From Trichodelitschia bisporula (Eukaryota): a stretch of DNA of 64,000 nucleotides. Below, in pieces: positions 59,879 to 64,000 of the stretch (position 1 is its first letter; each line of letters starts with the position of its first letter). The notes below the pieces were generated by a model. The model was not told the DNA's origin. It saw only the letters and a program-made list of their open reading frames with translations, and did no database searches. The position numbers and the translations under genes were made by a program. The stretch lies in NCBI GenBank assembly GCA_010356995.1, contig ML996697.1, forward strand, positions 368,153-432,152, read 5' to 3'.

Positions 59879-62574
59879 GATGAAGGAAAGAGAAGAAGAA
59901 GAGGAGCGGGGTACGCGGGCGGAGGGCGGGTTTTGATAGGAAAAAAGGAAGTAGCGGCCGTCTCGGTCGGGAGGACCCTTTCACTGGTCCGGGTATGTGC
60001 TTGCGCTTTACCTTCCCGGCCTCCTCCCGGTCCCGCGAGGGTTCGTGCGTTGCTGATGCTTTGGTCTCCAGGGATACCGGTTTTTAGTGCGATCAATGTC
60101 GGGGCAACTGGTGCCTTGCCGTCTGTGTTTGCGAGGGGTAGAATCGCCAATTGGGCAGATTGGACCGGCAAACAGAGCCTTGCAGTTCGTAATTCGGGGG
60201 GGTCTACTGAAATTGGGGTGTGGGAGGGGTTGAGAGGAGGGGTTGAGAGGCACAAGGCCGAAGGGAATCCGGCACGGCGCGCGGCAAGGTCGCCTTAGTT
60301 CGACTAGCGGCTATCCTAAGCAGTCGATGCTACGTATGGTATGTTTGCTCGCGTGCGACGGACCAGTGAGAAGCAATTGATGGCAGCGGCAAGCGTCGGG
60401 AGTAAGATGTTAGGCCTCAATCTTGTTGGAGGCGTCTTTTTTTTTCTGTTAGATTGCGGGAAATGGAGGATCGTGAGTGGTGGGATTGAAGGGATGTTGC
60501 TTTGAGGCAGCGCCGAGACGCAGCTTAGACGGGTTGCTGGGGTGGTGGTGGGGTAATCGTATCCGCTGGCCGGCGGGCGGAAGAGAGGAATGCGGGATGG
60601 GCAAAGAACGAGTCGCAAATACGTAAGTGTCGAGGGTGAGAGCTTGCAGCAATTGTGCAGGAAGCTGGGGGAGGGATCTTGGGGGCTGAGAGAGGTGGAA
60701 GGGCGGAACTTTTTGTCGGCAGTGAAGGGCTTGATTTGGGCGGTAGATGCTGCGGGAACAAGGGAGTCAAGGCAGGGCTGGCTGGCTACCACAGTAGGTC
60801 ATCTGGAGAAGATGGTGGTTGGTGGTTGTATTGTGTAGCGAATGGTGGCGGTGATGGTTGGAAGGATTTAAAAGAGAATTGAAGCAGAATTGAAGAAGTG
60901 GGGTTGAGAGAGTGGAGGGGGGAGGGTAGGGGTCGAGATGCGAGGAAAACGACAAGGTTCTTGATGCTCTTTTGAAGTTATCGGAGGTGGGGGTTGTCGT
61001 CGTCTGGCGTCTAACCGTCCTTCTTTTCTTCTTTAAGGCGAGATGTAAGAAGAGAACGGAAGAAACGAGCAACAAGCATATTCTATCAGCCATGGCCTGC
61101 TCGAGACCCGCAGGTGGCTTCAAAGCGCGTAGAATAAAAGGTCGTTCCCCAGTTCGGAACCCGCAAGTCTACCGTTCGCCGATGAACACGAAGCTTTCCG
61201 CTTTCCGCTTTTCTGTCCCCTTGTCACTCAATCCTGCGAATGTGCCCAGGCCAGCCTCGAAGCAGCAAGCCTGCATGCTGGAGGACAGCGTTACGTGGTT
61301 GAGAGCGAGCCGAGGTGTCAAGAACGGCGGCGACGGCGGAGCGAAACCGACGCGAGATGGAATAGAGTGCCGGACAGCGGCCGACCCAGATCCTGAGGGA
61401 GGGGGGTGTGAGCGGTCCGTGAAGCTCGCTTCCGTCTCTCTTGTTCTCCATCCTCTATCTTCCTCGGCTCAGTTCTCGCTCCAGCTCAGCATGGCATTCA
61501 GCATCAGCTTCATCGCAAGCTTCATCGCCAGCTCTTCGCTTTCTTCCCCATCGCGATGGCATCATCGCCGCTCCGCCCGTTGAGACATTTTACCCCACCC
61601 CCAACCAATCTGCCCCGCTCCTCCCCGGCGCCATTCCGTCATGGTGGGGCAGCGCCCCGCCGTTGATGCCTGGTCGCCTGCCTCGCTTGTGGTCGAACGC
61701 TCTCGGCGGCGGCGAAACTCTCTTCCGGTAGACCGACATTGCAACGTTGTCCTGGGAGACGGGTATTATCGGAGCGAACATCGGAGGCTTGCGGCGTCAA
61801 GTCGGGTTCCCAGGTGCTCTCGTCGAAACGGTCGCGTGCGGTGCCATGTTGAAGTGTAGGTGCAAAAGTTGGAGAAGAAGGCCCGAAAACAGCAGAAAAA
61901 CCACCGCGTCCCCCGTCCTACCTATATACCGGAGCCCAGCGCGGGTCTTTTCGGAGCCCTGATGCACATCTGGGCCATGGCAGAGAGGGTCAGGGCGGGT
62001 ATATACATGGCTTGCAAGGGCTTCAAGGGGGCTCTGGCCTGCTTGCACGACAAGGCCGCAATCTGGGTAGCTGCAGAGGGGGAATTTGACGGGGTTGGTG
62101 GTAGGACGAAAGCCGCCAATTCGGGAGATATATCCCAGGCGGACGGTTGCGGGACCAGGCCGTGTACATGGCATGGTGTGAGCAGCGATGGCGTTGGCTA
62201 TCTCCTGTCGATATTGTTAGTGTTGGTCTGCCAGTGCTTCGCGGCGACGGCCCGCATTTGCCAGTCTGCTCACCTTGCCTTTTCAAGCTTATATCGACAA
62301 TTCCGACCCGCTGGCCTGCTCCCGCCCTCGAACACTTGGCTCAGCCTTGCCTGGCAGCGTGCCTCCGATATCGCCCGTCCACTCCAGGGCCGTTGGATAT
62401 ATGAGCCCCCGCAGCAGCAAAGCCGCTCAAAGCACAGGGGGACGGGCGTGCTCAGTCGTGTTGTCGCTGCCTAACTGCGTTGGTCCTTCTGGTCGGGTCT
62501 TTCACTGTCTTACTCGTTTTGCAAGAGGATCATATGAGAAGCATGCTAGTTGTAAGTGGAGATTTTGAAATTCT

Positions 62575-64000
62575 TTACCCATCCTTTCCAGCAGCCACGG
62601 ACTCCTTTGCTTCAGGCTCCTTTGCTTTGGACTCCTTTGCTTTGGACTCCTTTGCTTTGGACTCCTTTGCTTTGGACTCCTTTGCTTTGGACTCCTGTGC
62701 CTCGGACTCCTTTGTCTGAGCCACCTTTGCCTTATACACCTTAGTACAAACACACGGACGTACGAGACTCCTCGTGGGATCGACACCAAGATTCCAAAAC
62801 CTTACCGCCTCCCACCCAAGAACAGACAACTCCGGGGTCGTAGCCTCTATCACAACCGCATGCATGGGCTCCAGATTCCAACTCGCGGGTATGGCTAGCC
62901 GCTGCCCGGACCCAGTCGGTACCTCCCGGTTGACCAACTCAAGCTTGAGAAGGTAAGCGTTGTTGTTAAACGGCTTTATAAAGCGGTGTTTTTGGGTGTG
63001 GATGCCGAACAGTCCGGTCCGAAAGTCCTTGGGGATTGCTAGCGTGGTGTTCTGATTGCCTGAGTCGATGACTACGTCCTGTTCTGCCGTTAGCAGCCTG
63101 CTATGGAGTGGAGGTGTGACGGAGAAGCACATACGACTTCAAAAGACGTCTTCAAGATTTCATCGGTCGCCCGGACGCGGACCACGGCCCTTGGGGCAGT
63201 TTCGCGGGGCAGAACATACTGTCGGTAGAGGCTTGCCTGCGCCTCCTTACCAAACATTAGTATCCTTTCTCGAAGGCTGAAAACAGTCATTTACCTTGTA
63301 CCCCTCGAGATGGCTGATCTCGAAACGAGTGAGAGGGGATTGTACGATCATATTGCGGTCCTCATCCGAGATCACGGTCTTCTGGAGTCTCGAATCGTTG
63401 ACCTGTACGACGAAGTTCTGCCAGCCTTCGGGTCCGTCGACGCCTAGCTTGGCCTTCTCCACGGCCGGGTCATTCTTCTTCTCCACGGCCGGGTCGTCCT
63501 TCTTCTCCACGGCCAGCTCGTTCTTCTCCACGGCCGTGCCATCTTTCTCCTCCACGGCCGGGCCGTCCCTCTTTCTCTTCCTTCCCTTCATTTCCTTCCT
63601 GGTATTCTTTCCCTTCCTCTCCTTCTTTCCCTTCCTGCCGTTTTCTGGACAACGTCAGTTGAGAACTTGCTTCCATGAAATGGTGGCAGAACTCACTTTG
63701 CTCAATGACCGCTCTTATACTATTGCTTCCTGGCTTATATGTGGTCTCGCGGTCCAAAAGGTCTTTCAAGTCAATCAGGTCGGCCATATCCGGACCCGTC
63801 ACCTTTTCTCTCTTTCTTGTCACGTCAGCAACATCCCGAGCAGCACCGTCATGGATGAGTGCAGAGCATACTTAAACGCGAGCTTGAGCAAGTGCTTTAT
63901 AGTCCTTGTCATGCCGTCAAAGGATGTCGTTATAGTAGATGTTGTGGAGAGAGTTTTGGATTGCTGTTCGGACAGGAGTTGCGACTTGTCCTGAGGAAAC
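62575..64000 (-). CDS. 5'-truncated multi-intron gene ending in a clan-AA (retropepsin-like) aspartic protease domain plus ESKAK repeats
   Basis: Four canonical introns join the ORF pieces in frame; spliced ...AVVRVRATDEILKTSFEV|DVVIDSGNQNTTLAIP...VVIE...SVLGWEAVRFWNL. Confidence 0.65.
62598..62715. repeat. 15-nt coding repeat (ESKAK)n
   Basis: Unit GGACTCCTTTGCTTT on the + strand, about 7 copies. Confidence 0.93.

Noticed and set aside
2379..61859. Alternative genetic code (TAA/TAG = Gln)
   Set aside because: Conserved genes (SLT2, IDP1, NAT3, MGMT) end at TAA/TAG at expected positions and contain no internal stops
60972..62474. Three same-frame ORFs separated by TGA/TAG
   Set aside because: No recognisable protein features; cannot be distinguished from chance in GC-rich DNA

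Overview
GC-rich eukaryotic DNA from a filamentous ascomycete (Pezizomycotina, plausibly Dothideomycetes; inferred from short GT-AG introns with CTRAC/CTAAY branch sites and from gene content). Conserved genes: multi-pass membrane protein, SET/post-SET protein, BCAS3/PROPPIN-like WD40 protein, NatB catalytic subunit (NAT3), tRNA-Asp(GTC), a large GPI-anchored Gly/Ser-rich cell-wall protein, a membrane-anchored pepsin-fold protein, the cell-wall-integrity MAPK (Slt2/MpkA type), an O6-alkylguanine alkyltransferase, a C2H2 plus fungal-specific transcription factor and mitochondrial NADP-IDH. Lineage-specific material lies between them. The most notable items are: (1) a tandem triplicate of disordered proteins next to the tRNA, sharing a C-terminal RRxSS-GLRSA(L/M)R-KRVHF cassette that looks like a PP1-docking module; (2) a 269-bp fold-back hairpin with G-U-biased mismatches; (3) an intron-containing clan-AA (retropepsin-like) protease gene at the right edge; (4) two paralogous small secreted 6-Cys proteins resembling KP6/BAS4-type effectors; (5) several orphan ORFs broken by in-frame TAA/TAG at apparent Gln positions. 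All calls were made by eye with no database searches; two assembly gaps (7823-7832, 21849-21863) fall inside tandem repeats.
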